Part shown: one piece after another, positions 30,162-40,350 of the stretch
How positions within the stretch are numbered: the first letter of the stretch is position 1
How the letters are laid out: each line of letters begins with the position of its first letter
Assembly: GCA_934644965.1 (NCBI GenBank)
Contig: CAKUDG010000001.1
Coordinates: forward strand, 32,500 to 96,499
Source of the DNA: an uncultured Victivallales bacterium
GTDB taxonomy: Bacteria > Verrucomicrobiota > Lentisphaeria > Victivallales > UBA1829
Length of the DNA stretch: 64,000 nt
Direction of reading: 5' to 3'
Program-made: the position numbers and the translations under genes
The notes under the pieces: generated by a model
The model's database searches: none
The model's input: the letters and a program-made list of their open reading frames with translations, nothing else
Told to the model about the DNA's origin: nothing

Positions 30162-31065
30162 TCAGCGCAGAGAGACTGCGGCAGCGCGTCCGGAAACGCC
30201 GGAACGCTCCGCTGCGTCAAGCATCGCCATCACTTCAAGGGAGTCGAGCGGATCGACCGGCTGAACGCCGTCGCGGATGAAGCGGACAATCTGCCGCAGC
30301 AGCATGGCATAGAAGGGGATCCTTCCGCTCACATTGGCAAGAGCCAGCTCTCTATCCCCGTCCCGGATCAGGGCGCCGTACTGTGACGAACCGCGCCGGA
30401 GCTCGACGCTTGCATTCCGTCCGTCTGAATAGGACACGAGAGCCATCCCCCCCCCCCCTTCTTCCCCCGATCATCTCCACCATGGCCGCCCCTCTGCCCA
30501 TAATCCTTTCCAGCATTTCAAACGCATGCACCCCGTACCAGACCAGAGACGATCCCGACGCTGCCACACCGAGAGGCCCCCACACAGACACCGATTCCGG
30601 ACACACCCCCTTCTTCAAAGCCTCCTCCAGATCCACATCAAAACGCAATGCCGAAGACGTGAAGAAACGAATCTTCTTCTCCTCCGCAATCCGGAGAATT
30701 TCCAGCGGATGATCCAGCGTATCCGCAAAAGGCTTGTCCAGAAAAATCGGTTTCCCGAGTTCCGCGGCACGGCGGAAATACTCCAGATGGAGCGAAGGGT
30801 CATTGATTTCCAGAAGAATGGCGTCGCAGTCGGCAACGGCTTTGTCAAAATCCTCCGTCACAGTCACTCCGATGCTTTCCAGGTAGGCCTGTCTCTGATC
30901 CAGTCCCTTCCGGTTCTGGAACGGGGTTTCAAAACGCAGGCAGCTTACGGCGCGGAGTTCCGGAACCCGTTCGGAAACGGGCGTCGCAGGATCCTGCATC
31001 AGCTGCGGGAAGGCAACGGCATGACTTGTGTCAAGGCCTATCAGTGCGGTTTTGATCGTTTTCAT
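30162..31065 (-). pseudogene. Gfo/Idh/MocA-family oxidoreductase interrupted by a frameshift in a G12 (C12 on +) homopolymer
   Basis: The N-terminal ORF (30352-31065) has Rossmann-type 'IKTALIGLDTSHA'. The C-terminal continuation (30162-30446) is in another frame. The junction lies exactly at the C12 run 30447-30458. Removing one base gives '..IGGRRGGGMALVSYSDGR..'. Confidence 0.7.
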
Positions 31066-31174
31066 GACAATACAGTCTTCCTCTCATGTGATGGCTGTTT
31101 TTCTCAAGCGGGGGAGCCCCCCCTTTCTGCGGAGCGGAACTCCGCAGGGACGGGCGGGCAGCAGTCCTCCCGAT

Positions 31175-31885
31175 TCACGGGAGCTCAAGTCTCGGAAGCG
31201 GATTCTGGCGGTGGGCTTCTTCCAGCACCCGGACCTGACGGCGGACTTCCTCAAGACGGATATCCGCTTCAGCCCCCTCCTTGAGCACCGCAAAGAAATT
31301 GGAATAGGCGGCTCGGCTTAAAAGAAGGAAAGTATCGGTTTTTCCATCGTGTTCAGGAGGGGTCCAGGATTCCGTCTGCCAGGGCAGGAGCTCCGAACAG
31401 TAGCTGCGTTTGAGGCTCCACTCCTTCCAGAATGTCTGTTTCGGAGCATCCGCGGGGAAGAAATATTTCCATTTCAGTCCGGAAGGTCCGCCCGTCAGGC
31501 CTCCGCAGGTTCCCTGAATGCTGTACTGATCGCCCTCCGGCCAGGCCAGAAAACTGCTGATCTGGATTTCGATGAGCGGACAGCCCTCTCCATAAAGACT
31601 CAGCAGGCAGAAGTTGTCCGCATCGCCTCCGAGTCCGTGATGGCGCGCCGCCATATGGCAGAACACTTCCGGATCCTTTTCCCCGAACAGCACAATGGCC
31701 TGATCCAGAGGATGCGGAGAGGGGGGAAAGATTCCGTATTGTTCCTTCCATCTTTTTTCTCTTGCGAAAGCGGGGGAGAGGAAAGCCCCTGCCGTCTCTC
31801 CCCGTACCGTTCCTCCGGGGACTTCTTTTCTCCCGCGCTTCCCCCGGATGATCCGCCTCCTGGGAAAGCCGCTCATTTTCCGCAC
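31175..31885 (-). pseudogene. Truncated Gfo/Idh/MocA-family oxidoreductase (C-terminal domain only)
   Basis: 'HPLDQAIVLFG....YSIQGTCGGL' matches the dimerisation/C-terminal domain. There is no Rossmann N-domain, and only 128 bp remain before the upstream regulator gene. Confidence 0.45.
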
Positions 31886-32013
31886 ACGGAAAACTGCGGA
31901 CGGGGAAAAGAGAGATCAATCACGCTGAAAATCCACTCTGAAATCCGCACGGAAAAATCCGGGAGGAGGGGGAACGCCCTGCGGGAAAATATTCTCCGGC
32001 AGGATCCGGAGGA

Positions 32014-33015
32014 TCAGGTTTCTCCGTTCCGGCGGAGAGGAAAGATCAGACATCCTTCTCCCGCTTCGTTTCCCCCGAGAAGGAGGCGGCGGAGTTTTTC
32101 GGCCGCCCGCCGGAACAGGCGGTCATGATCCTGCAGGAAACTGGTGACTTCCACCCCCCAGACATTCCGTTCCAGGTCATTGTCGAAATCGCTGTACAGC
32201 ACATTCCTTCCCCAGCGGATCCCTTCGCGGCGCAGTCCCCAGCGCATGACGCTTCCCGTATGAGACAAAGAATCGGAAAGAATCAGCAGCGGAGACTCTA
32301 CATTTCCGTCTGGAGAATTCTCCGGTTCAGGCAGCCGGGCTTCGAGTTCGGCCAATTTGCCCTCGAAATCCGAAGGAAGGGTCAGGACACGGTAAAAAGA
32401 GCTCGCTTCCCGGCAGGCTTCCATGAAGCCGTCGAAGCGGTACGCAGTCACCTCGGAATGCTGTTCGGAGCGGAGGAAGACGGCCTGCGCTCCGGGATGA
32501 TCCCTCAGGCGCTCCGCCGTGATTTCACGGTACGCGGCAAAGTGATCGGTCGAGACAAACGGAACTCCCGGAATCACCCGGTTGATCAGCACCTGCGGAA
32601 TCCGGGAACCCATCGACTCGATCGCGGCATACAGATGCCGTTCCGGACGAAGCCAGAGCAAACCGTCGAAGTCAAAGAGCCTGTCCAGGGAACCGGGCGT
32701 TTCAAAATCCCTTCCCGGCAGAATCGTCAGATCGAATCCGCTGCCGCGGAACGAATCCGGATCGCCTCCGCCGATCAGCGCCACGCGGAACAGACGGCCC
32801 AGAGTCGGCGCAACATAGGTTCCGGATCCGCGCCGACTGTTCAGCTTTCCTTTCTGCACCAGGGTCCGCACCGCATGGTCGAGTGTCGCCCGCGCCACCT
32901 GGAATTCCTTCATCAGCAATGTCCTTGGAGGAAGCGGCGCGTTCTCCGGATAGATTCCTTCCCGGATCCGGCGTTCCAGTTCCGCCGCAATCTCCCGAAA
33001 CGGCTGTCCGCTCAT
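32014..33015 (-). CDS. GntR-family transcriptional regulator with a periplasmic-binding-protein-like sugar-binding domain
   Basis: wHTH 'LPPRTLLMKEFQVARATLDHAVRTLVQKGKLNSRRGSGTYV' followed by a LacI/PBP-like C-terminal domain. Confidence 0.75.
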   Translation of the reverse strand: MSGQPFREIAAELERRIREGIYPENAPLPPRTLLMKEFQVARATLDHAVRTLVQKGKLNSRRGSGTYVAPTLGRLFRVALIGGGDPDSFRGSGFDLTILPGRDFETPGSLDRLFDFDGLLWLRPERHLYAAIESMGSRIPQVLINRVIPGVPFVSTDHFAAYREITAERLRDHPGAQAVFLRSEQHSEVTAYRFDGFMEACREASSFYRVLTLPSDFEGKLAELEARLPEPENSPDGNVESPLLILSDSLSHTGSVMRWGLRREGIRWGRNVLYSDFDNDLERNVWGVEVTSFLQDHDRLFRRAAEKLRRLLLGGNEAGEGCLIFPLRRNGET

Positions 33016-33291
33016 GGAAAAACATCTCCTCTTGTCTTTTGCCTTCAAATCAGACTGGTTTTCTTAATAAAATATAATTTGACTAGTCATATTTTCAAGA
33101 AAAGTTTTCTCTTCCCAATCAAAAAAAACGGGAATTTTTCCAGGTTTTGCTTTCCTTCCCGGGAGGTCGGTCCTTCCCTGTTTTTCCTTCCCGGCGAGGA
33201 AGCGGCTCATTTCCTTCCGCATTCAGCCGGAAGGTGAAGAACGGGTGTGACTGCAGCGCAGTTCTCCGGAAAGAGAATCCCCGGACAAATC

Positions 33292-34386
33292 TCAAGGATG
33301 GCTGTGGCGGTGATGCGTATCCGGAGTATGGGCATGCGTATGGACACAGGGCGCGTGGACATGTTCATGCGCATGCCATCCCGTCACCGGGGGCACATGC
33401 ACATGCGTATGATGCAGATCCGGATGCCGGTGGGCGTGATTGTGAGACAAGGCCTCATGACGGTGTTCATGAGAGTGTTTCTCATGGACCGCCAGCCAGA
33501 CGCCCCATGCCATGAGCAGCACCGCCGGCAGAAAATTCCACGAAGGAATTTCCTGGAGGATCAGCATGGAAAGAAGCACCCCCAGGAAAGGAGCCGCCGC
33601 ATAATACGCACTCGTCCTCGCTGCGCCGAGATGCCGCTGCGCCTTGACATAGCAGAAGATGCTCAGCCCGTATGCGACGAATCCCAGCAGCAGAGATGCA
33701 AGGATCCCGCTGAACGAATCCGGCAGAGGATCCTTCAGGAGCCACGCCAGCGCCAGAGCCGTCCCTCCGGACCCGAATCCCTTGACGACGACAATCTGCG
33801 CCGGAGATTTTTCCGACATGTTCCTCGTGCAGTTGTTCTCCAGCCCCCAGCATCCGCATGCCGCAAGGACCAGCAGTGATCCGTATGAAAAGTTCCATCC
33901 CCCTCCTCCTCCTCCCTCCCCCGCGGCGGAAAAGTCCACGCTGAGCAGCAGACTTGCCGCCGTAATCACCCCAAGGGAAAGCCACATGCGTTTCCCCACA
34001 GCCTCGTGAAAAAGACAGAACGCGGCAAGCGACGTCGCCGCCATCTCAAAATTCAGCAGCAGAGACGCATTCGCCGCTGAAGTCAACTTCAGCCCCAGCA
34101 TCAGCAGCAGAGGCGCCAGCACATCCAGAAGAATCATGGAAACCGTCCAGGGCATTTCTTTCCGCGAAAGCGGCGCCTCCTTCTTCCTTTCGTCGGTCAA
34201 ACGTTCCAGCAGAAACATCCCCACCCCCGCCCCCAGATACAGGAACGCCACCATGAACAGCGGGGATATCCCCCGGAGAAGAAGAGACTTTGAAAGCGGT
34301 GCATTCAGTCCGAAGAGAAACGCGGCCAGCAACACCGCCAGCACCGGGGATCGGCAGCATTCCGGCAAGGATGAAAAGATTTTCAT
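33292..34386 (-). CDS. DMT/EamA-family transporter with a His-rich C-terminal tail
   Basis: About 10 TM segments in two EamA-like halves. The last ~64 aa contain more than 20 His ('HEKHSHEHRHEALSHNHAHRHPDLHHTHVHV...HTHAHTPDTHHRHSHP'). Confidence 0.75.
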   Translation of the reverse strand: MKIFSSLPECCRSPVLAVLLAAFLFGLNAPLSKSLLLRGISPLFMVAFLYLGAGVGMFLLERLTDERKKEAPLSRKEMPWTVSMILLDVLAPLLLMLGLKLTSAANASLLLNFEMAATSLAAFCLFHEAVGKRMWLSLGVITAASLLLSVDFSAAGEGGGGGGWNFSYGSLLVLAACGCWGLENNCTRNMSEKSPAQIVVVKGFGSGGTALALAWLLKDPLPDSFSGILASLLLGFVAYGLSIFCYVKAQRHLGAARTSAYYAAAPFLGVLLSMLILQEIPSWNFLPAVLLMAWGVWLAVHEKHSHEHRHEALSHNHAHRHPDLHHTHVHVPPVTGWHAHEHVHAPCVHTHAHTPDTHHRHSHP

Positions 34387-34531
34387 TTTTACAGACAGCG
34401 CTCCGGGTGAGTTTTTTTCATTTTCTGCAATCCTCCGTTCTTCAAGGGATCCTTTTCCCAACGCCCCCTTCCCCCGCCCACATCCGGTTCCCCGCCGGAG
34501 CAGAGAAAGGAATGAAATCAGAGATCAAAGA

Positions 34532-37500
34532 TCAGCTGAAATCCAGAGACTCCCACTTTTTCTCAAGCACGGCGGGAGAGGATTTGAGCGGGCCCTTCAG
34601 TTCAGGCGTATACGCCGCGATTCTGGCCTCCTCCAGCAGCAGGAAGTATTCCCGGAAGGATTCGTTCCGCTGTTCCCATCCGGGAGAACTTTCAGCCAGC
34701 AGACGGAATTTCCGGAGATACGGCGTAACGGCTTCCCCCTTGGCTTCGTCCTTCGCCGGAGAAGAGTTGACCGCACGCTCCAGACGCAGATTCAGAGAAC
34801 GGAAATAACGGCCATAATTCTCCACGGCCTGCGGAGTTTTCAAAAAGCCATTCCGGAAAAGGAAATCCATCTGTTCCCGGACATCCCTCCCGGTAAAGGA
34901 ATCCTCCGGGATTTTTTCCAGCTTCTTCACCAGGGAGGCATGGAGTTCCAGAATCCGTGAAAGGAGTCTCATGCGCTCTGAAACGATTCCTGCGAGTCCG
35001 TCGCGCGAGTTTTCGAGAAGCGATTCCCATGTTTCCGCGGAACGGATTTCCCACGGATCCCTGCCAAAAGATTCAAAGACGGCACTTTGAAGCAGATCCT
35101 CCCGCCAGTCGGAATAAGCGGAGAAGAAAGTTCTCTCCATATTTTTCCCGGGAGACTTCAGAAGCGAGCTAAGATGCCGGATCAGCGGAGCAAAGGAGAG
35201 CGAATACAGGCGGAAAAGGCCCTTGCGGTGACTGGCCTGCGCATCGCCTCGCTTCAGGAACAGCGCCCGGCCGACAGCTTCTTCCGATTCCTCCGTCAAT
35301 GCCAGCCAGGCTTTTTTCCCGTTTCCGGAAGGCAGTTCGATCCATTCGGGCATGCTTCCTCCGGGGCCGGGTCCTCCCGGCCAGGTCTTCCAGCCGGAAA
35401 GAGACCACTCCCCCGCGGTTTTGATCCCGGGGGAAAGACGGTTCGGGATTTCCTTTTCCGGGGGATAGTCCAGAAGGATCTTCCGGACTTCCCCGTGTGC
35501 TCCGGTCAGGGCAAGTTTCATCCTGAGATATCCCGGCAGTTCCAGAGAATCAAAACAAGAGGGGGTCAGAGACGTCCCGTAATTTCCGTTCAGAAATTCG
35601 CAGAGTGCCTCCGGGAAAGGCTGCCCTGTAAAGATCTCCCCTTCCCGGAACGCCCGCAGCAGAGCCTCCGCACAGTCGGAGAGCGGATTCAGTTCCCTGC
35701 GCACGGCCTTCGGAAGCGAGCGCAGATAAAATTCCGCCTTCCACAGAAGAAAACCCGGAACCAGATAATCGGGAAAGTGACGGTCCGGAAGATTCAGACG
35801 GTCCTCCGGAATGAAGACGGTGATCCCGTCATTTTCCTCCCCGGGATCAAAAACATAGGAAAGACGCATGGATTCGCCGCAGGAAACAATCCGGTCCGGG
35901 AACTCGGCCGCTTCCGGGATCCGGACTCCGGGACAGAGGATATCTTCCTGCGCAGGAGTGTAATCCCGGCGGGAGGCAAGCCAGTCGCGCCGGAGAGCGT
36001 CCAGAGAACTGAGTCCGGGGGGCAGAAGCGTTTCCAGGTGATGCGCAAGCGCTTCTTCGTCAAGCAGGGCACCGGGACGGCGCATGCGGATTTCGAGTGT
36101 GCGGAGTCTGCCCGTCAGGCTCCGGAAGCGATCGAGCCAGGATCCGGGCAGGACGGCCCGTCCGGAAACGAGGGCCTCCCGGATAAACACCGTGCGGGCC
36201 GCTCCGGGATCAATGGACGAGTAATGTCTCCTGCGCCCGGGATGGACCAGAATCTGTCCCGCGGTCACTCTTTCCCGGGCATAGACGAATCCGCTTTTTT
36301 CATCCCAGGCGATCTGGTCGTAACTCCGTTTGCAGAGATGCGGCGCAGCCTCCTCCAGCCAGAGCGGATCCGCCTCCGCGTTGCAACGGGAAAACACGCG
36401 CGAGGTTTCCACACGCGCAAAAAACAGAATGTGCCGCGGCGGATTCCGGCGCGCTGCCAGCCCCGAACCGGGAAACAGCACAGACTTCCTGCCCGACATA
36501 TCCGAATACAGCTTCTCCTCCTGGCGGTAAACGGCCATCTGACGTGGAATCCCGCACAGAAGCGCCTTGTGCACCGCATCATAATCAATCTTCTCAGGAT
36601 CCGGCACATCAGCCGGCGATGGCGGACGCCCTCCCCTGCCCTCCAGCAGCTCCGCAAGATCCTCCGCAAGATCGCTCCATTCCCGGAGACGCCGATAATT
36701 CAGATAGTGCTCCTTCGCAAAACGCCGCAGCGCCTGACGGGATCCGTTCTTTTCCCTCAGCACCCCGCACAGCGCGTCCCAGAGCTTCAGCGCTGAAAGA
36801 AAATCCGAACGATCCGAACGGAAGCGCCTCTGTGCCTCATCCGCCGCCTTCGCATGTTCAAACGGTCGCTCACGGGGATCCTGAATCGAAAGAAATGCAC
36901 AGATCACCAGCAGTTCCGCAGAGACCTTCCGGCGAAGCGATTCCAGAAGAATCCTGCCCAGATGCGGATCCAGCGGAAGAGCGGCAAGCTCGCGCCCGGT
37001 TTGCGTCAGACGGCCGTCGGCGTCGAAGGCATGGAGATCCTCCAGAGTCCGGACTCCCTCCCGGATCTGCGCGGGGGAAGGAGGGTCTACGAAGGGAAAC
37101 GTCTCCACCCCCGGCAGACGCAGCGCCGCCATCTGAAGAATCACGCCCGCCAGGGAGGAACGGCGGATTTCCGGATCCGTGTACTCAGGCGCGGCGGCAA
37201 GAGCCTCTTCCGAATACAAATGCACGCAGACACCGTCGCGGAGACGGCCGCAGCGCCCGCGGCGCTGACGCGCGCTCGCACGGGAGACAAATTCCACGCG
37301 CAGCTCCTGAATCCGCGTCCCGGGATTGTAGCGGCTCAGACGCACCAGCCCGGAATCAATCACAAAACGGATCCCCGGAATCGTGAGAGACGTTTCCGCC
37401 ACATTGGTCGAAAGAATAATCCTCCGTTTATTCCCGCGCTGGAAAATGCGTTCCTGTTCTCCAGAGCTCAGCCGGCCGTAGAGGGGAAGAATTTCCGTCT

Positions 37501-38530
37501 GCGGAAGGCCCCGCCCGTTCAGAAGTTCCGCAACGGAGCGGATTTCGCGTTCCCCGGGCAGAAAGACTAGAATGTCGCCGCGCGGATCAAGCTCCTCCAG
37601 AAACGCCGCCGCGCGGGAAACGCTTTCGGGAAGATCTTCCTCCTCCTCCGGTTCCAGGTAACAGTCCTCCACAGGGTACAGGCGTCCTTCCACTTCTATG
37701 ACAGGCGCCCCGCCGAAAAAATCTGAAAGGCGTTCCGCATCCAGTGTCGCCGAGGAAATGATCACGCGCAGGTCCTTCCGCCGCGGCAGAAGCAGTTTCA
37801 GATATCCCAGAAGAAAATCAATGTTCAGGGTGCGTTCATGGACTTCATCCAGAATGATGCAGTCATACTGTCTCAGGGCGGGATCATCGCGGATTTCCGC
37901 CAGAAGGATGCCGTCGGTCATGAATTTGACAACGGTCGAATCACATGTCCGGTCGTCAAAGCGCACCTGGTAGCCGATTTCCTTTCCGCATTCGCATCCG
38001 CATTCCCCGGAAAGTCTCCGGGCGAGCGCGGACGCGGCAATCCTTCTCGGCTGCGTGCATCCGATCCGCCCTCTTCTTCCATACCCGCTCTTCAAAGCCA
38101 CTTTCGGCAGCTGCGTGGTTTTCCCGGATCCCGTGGCTCCGCAGACGATCACCACTGAATTCGTTTTGAGCGCCTCGCCGATTTCAGAAGCTTTCGCCGA
38201 AACGGGCAGTTCCTCCGGAAATTCGCATTTCAATTTCTCCGCATGAGGGAAGAGCGAGCGTTCCGCCGCACGTTCCAGAGAGGAAAGGAAACGGACCGTC
38301 TCCTCCGTGGAGAAAAGGCCGGATGCGGCACCGGGCCCGGTGGCGCCTTTCCCGGAGGAGAATTTCTTCCATTTCCGGTACTGCGGCAAAAAACGGGTGC
38401 GGTCCGTATAACGGAGTCTGTCCCACAGGGAGAGGATCTTCCTGCGGGTCTGACCCGGATTGCCGAAGCCTGCAGCGCCGCTGCTGCAAGGAGGGGTCTC
38501 ATGTGCTGCTGAGAAAGGGCCTGTTGACAT
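34532..38530 (-). CDS. hrpA: ATP-dependent RNA helicase HrpA (DEAH-box)
   Basis: 'GATGSGKTTQLPK', 'DEVHERTLNIDFLL', 'SATL' and 'TNVAETSLTIPG', with a long HA2/OB and C-terminal domain. The start is likely 'MSTGPF' (38530). Confidence 0.9.
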   Translation of the reverse strand: MSTGPFSAAHETPPCSSGAAGFGNPGQTRRKILSLWDRLRYTDRTRFLPQYRKWKKFSSGKGATGPGAASGLFSTEETVRFLSSLERAAERSLFPHAEKLKCEFPEELPVSAKASEIGEALKTNSVVIVCGATGSGKTTQLPKVALKSGYGRRGRIGCTQPRRIAASALARRLSGECGCECGKEIGYQVRFDDRTCDSTVVKFMTDGILLAEIRDDPALRQYDCIILDEVHERTLNIDFLLGYLKLLLPRRKDLRVIISSATLDAERLSDFFGGAPVIEVEGRLYPVEDCYLEPEEEEDLPESVSRAAAFLEELDPRGDILVFLPGEREIRSVAELLNGRGLPQTEILPLYGRLSSGEQERIFQRGNKRRIILSTNVAETSLTIPGIRFVIDSGLVRLSRYNPGTRIQELRVEFVSRASARQRRGRCGRLRDGVCVHLYSEEALAAAPEYTDPEIRRSSLAGVILQMAALRLPGVETFPFVDPPSPAQIREGVRTLEDLHAFDADGRLTQTGRELAALPLDPHLGRILLESLRRKVSAELLVICAFLSIQDPRERPFEHAKAADEAQRRFRSDRSDFLSALKLWDALCGVLREKNGSRQALRRFAKEHYLNYRRLREWSDLAEDLAELLEGRGGRPPSPADVPDPEKIDYDAVHKALLCGIPRQMAVYRQEEKLYSDMSGRKSVLFPGSGLAARRNPPRHILFFARVETSRVFSRCNAEADPLWLEEAAPHLCKRSYDQIAWDEKSGFVYARERVTAGQILVHPGRRRHYSSIDPGAARTVFIREALVSGRAVLPGSWLDRFRSLTGRLRTLEIRMRRPGALLDEEALAHHLETLLPPGLSSLDALRRDWLASRRDYTPAQEDILCPGVRIPEAAEFPDRIVSCGESMRLSYVFDPGEENDGITVFIPEDRLNLPDRHFPDYLVPGFLLWKAEFYLRSLPKAVRRELNPLSDCAEALLRAFREGEIFTGQPFPEALCEFLNGNYGTSLTPSCFDSLELPGYLRMKLALTGAHGEVRKILLDYPPEKEIPNRLSPGIKTAGEWSLSGWKTWPGGPGPGGSMPEWIELPSGNGKKAWLALTEESEEAVGRALFLKRGDAQASHRKGLFRLYSLSFAPLIRHLSSLLKSPGKNMERTFFSAYSDWREDLLQSAVFESFGRDPWEIRSAETWESLLENSRDGLAGIVSERMRLLSRILELHASLVKKLEKIPEDSFTGRDVREQMDFLFRNGFLKTPQAVENYGRYFRSLNLRLERAVNSSPAKDEAKGEAVTPYLRKFRLLAESSPGWEQRNESFREYFLLLEEARIAAYTPELKGPLKSSPAVLEKKWESLDFS

Positions 38531-38629
38531 GGATTCCTGGACTCGCCGTCGTGATGGACTGAAAAAAAGGGAAGAAAATATAACACGTCCGGCGCGACTC
38601 CGCAAGCGGCGGAATGGGGAAAGAGCGTT

Positions 38630-39448
38630 CTATTTCTTCTCCAGATTAAATATGTTGCTGACGGAGTTGGACGTGATTCCGGATCCCCAGAAATGACGGG
38701 CGACGGTCGTGGAAGACTCATTCACATAATGTCCATCGTAAAAGATCAGATTGTGGGTTTTGGAACGATGGCGCCCGATGGTGAAATCCTTTTTGAAATC
38801 GTCTTCAGACGTGTCCGTAAGTTTACTCGGCTGGACATCATATCCGCCGGGGACCACGGTCCAGTTACCCGCGACCTCAAAAAAATTCACCGTCGTCCCG
38901 GGAAATTTCATCGTCGAGGTACCACGGGTATACTTGCCTGTATTCGAATTCGGAATATACATCACATTGGAACTGTTGCAGCGGTAGTGTCCCCGCTGAT
39001 AATAGATTGTCGCATTCTGAAGACTCATCGGGGAGGAGGGACAACTGAAAACCGGGCTGATTTTTCTGGTTTTGGGATCTTTCGGAATATCCCTTCCCAG
39101 TGACCCCGAATCCAGATGCAGGTAGTCTCCGATCTTCTTGTACCAGTAGTTCCGGCCGGCTCCCCAGCCGTCAATGTCGTCACAATACGGCAGGAACACT
39201 CCGAAATCATTCAGATAGTTCTGGGAAAGAAGGTACATCTGTTTCATATTGTTCGAGCAACTGATCATTCGGGCGGTTTCCTTTGCCGAACTCAGTGCGG
39301 GCAGAAGAAGCGATGCCAGAATCGCTATGATCGCTATCACCACCAGAAGCTCGATCAGCGTAAAGCAATGAGGACCTCTCCCCTCCCCCGGGGGAAACAC
39401 GCGTACGGACAAACCATTTTCCCTGTCAGAACAGATCGCAACTTTCAT
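38630..39448 (-). CDS. Prepilin-type N-terminal cleavage/methylation domain protein (DUF1559 / H-X9-DG-like family)
   Basis: '[25 protein letters not shown]' class-III signal (no Gly immediately before the Phe here) and the C-terminal '[14 protein letters not shown]'. Confidence 0.8.
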   Translation of the reverse strand: MKVAICSDRENGLSVRVFPPGEGRGPHCFTLIELLVVIAIIAILASLLLPALSSAKETARMISCSNNMKQMYLLSQNYLNDFGVFLPYCDDIDGWGAGRNYWYKKIGDYLHLDSGSLGRDIPKDPKTRKISPVFSCPSSPMSLQNATIYYQRGHYRCNSSNVMYIPNSNTGKYTRGTSTMKFPGTTVNFFEVAGNWTVVPGGYDVQPSKLTDTSEDDFKKDFTIGRHRSKTHNLIFYDGHYVNESSTTVARHFWGSGITSNSVSNIFNLEKK

Positions 39449-39492
39449 TCTGCATTCTCCTGAAATAGATGGCAAACTTTTGAGTTTCATTC

Positions 39493-40269
39493 TTATTCGT
39501 AAATCGGCATACCTGTGCTCAGTGTCCCGTAAACCATGTCCCCTCTGGAAAGCCAGCTGCCAGGAGTCGGCATGGGAACAGTCCCCACATGAAAATCCGC
39601 ATACAGAAGATTCGCCGACAGCACATGACGGTGATATCCGACTCGGCATGGGGACCCGTTCACCATCGTTTCCGACGCACGGACAATATATGCCGACTGC
39701 GGCGTGTTCACATAGATCGGATTCCCCAGCCCGTCCTTGGCTCCGTCACAGAGCACCAGAGTCCGGGTCGGCTGTTTCAGGCGCGTCAGCGGAACGGCAT
39801 ACATCTTGAGGGCAATCCCCTGATTCAAACTGCTGTAGGCAACACTGAAAGTATAAACATCTATCATTGCGGTCGTCTTCGGCGCGGAAGGGCAGGAAGC
39901 AACTCTAGACAATGTTGCCTTAGGCAGATATTCCTCCATGAAAACATCCGGATTGGGATAACGAAACGTCCCCCCAGCGTTCTTGTATTCAGGCTGAAAA
40001 GGAACGACATAGGCATTGTAGTCGTTTGCATAGATCGCCTCGATCTGCCCAATCTGCTTCATATTGGACATGCACTGTGTCCTTCTGGCCATTTCACGCG
40101 CATTGCCCAGCGCGGGAAGAAGCATCGCCGCCAGAATCGCAATGATCGCTATCACCACCAGAAGCTCAATCAGCGTGAAAGCCTTCCCCGGGGAAAACGG
40201 TTTTTCGTCCCGTTTCCTCTTCCTCTGCAATTCCGCTTTGAAAAAAATTCTGCTGTTCATGATCCTCAT
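39493..40269 (-). CDS. Prepilin-type N-terminal cleavage/methylation domain protein (paralogue)
   Basis: '[27 protein letters not shown]' and the C-terminal '[13 protein letters not shown]' (H-X9-DF variant). Confidence 0.8.
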   Translation of the reverse strand: MRIMNSRIFFKAELQRKRKRDEKPFSPGKAFTLIELLVVIAIIAILAAMLLPALGNAREMARRTQCMSNMKQIGQIEAIYANDYNAYVVPFQPEYKNAGGTFRYPNPDVFMEEYLPKATLSRVASCPSAPKTTAMIDVYTFSVAYSSLNQGIALKMYAVPLTRLKQPTRTLVLCDGAKDGLGNPIYVNTPQSAYIVRASETMVNGSPCRVGYHRHVLSANLLYADFHVGTVPMPTPGSWLSRGDMVYGTLSTGMPIYE

Positions 40270-40350
40270 TGTCCGTTTCCCATTCAGACTATCAGACTCA
40301 ACTCCGACCCGCTTCCACCCGGCGGCTTCCGTTTTCTTCCAATTCAAGAT

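Noticed and set aside
35087-36796. A 569-aa ORF on the + strand, opposite hrpA.
   Set aside because: It is antisense to a helicase with all DEAH motifs and has no recognisable domain. It is a shadow ORF.
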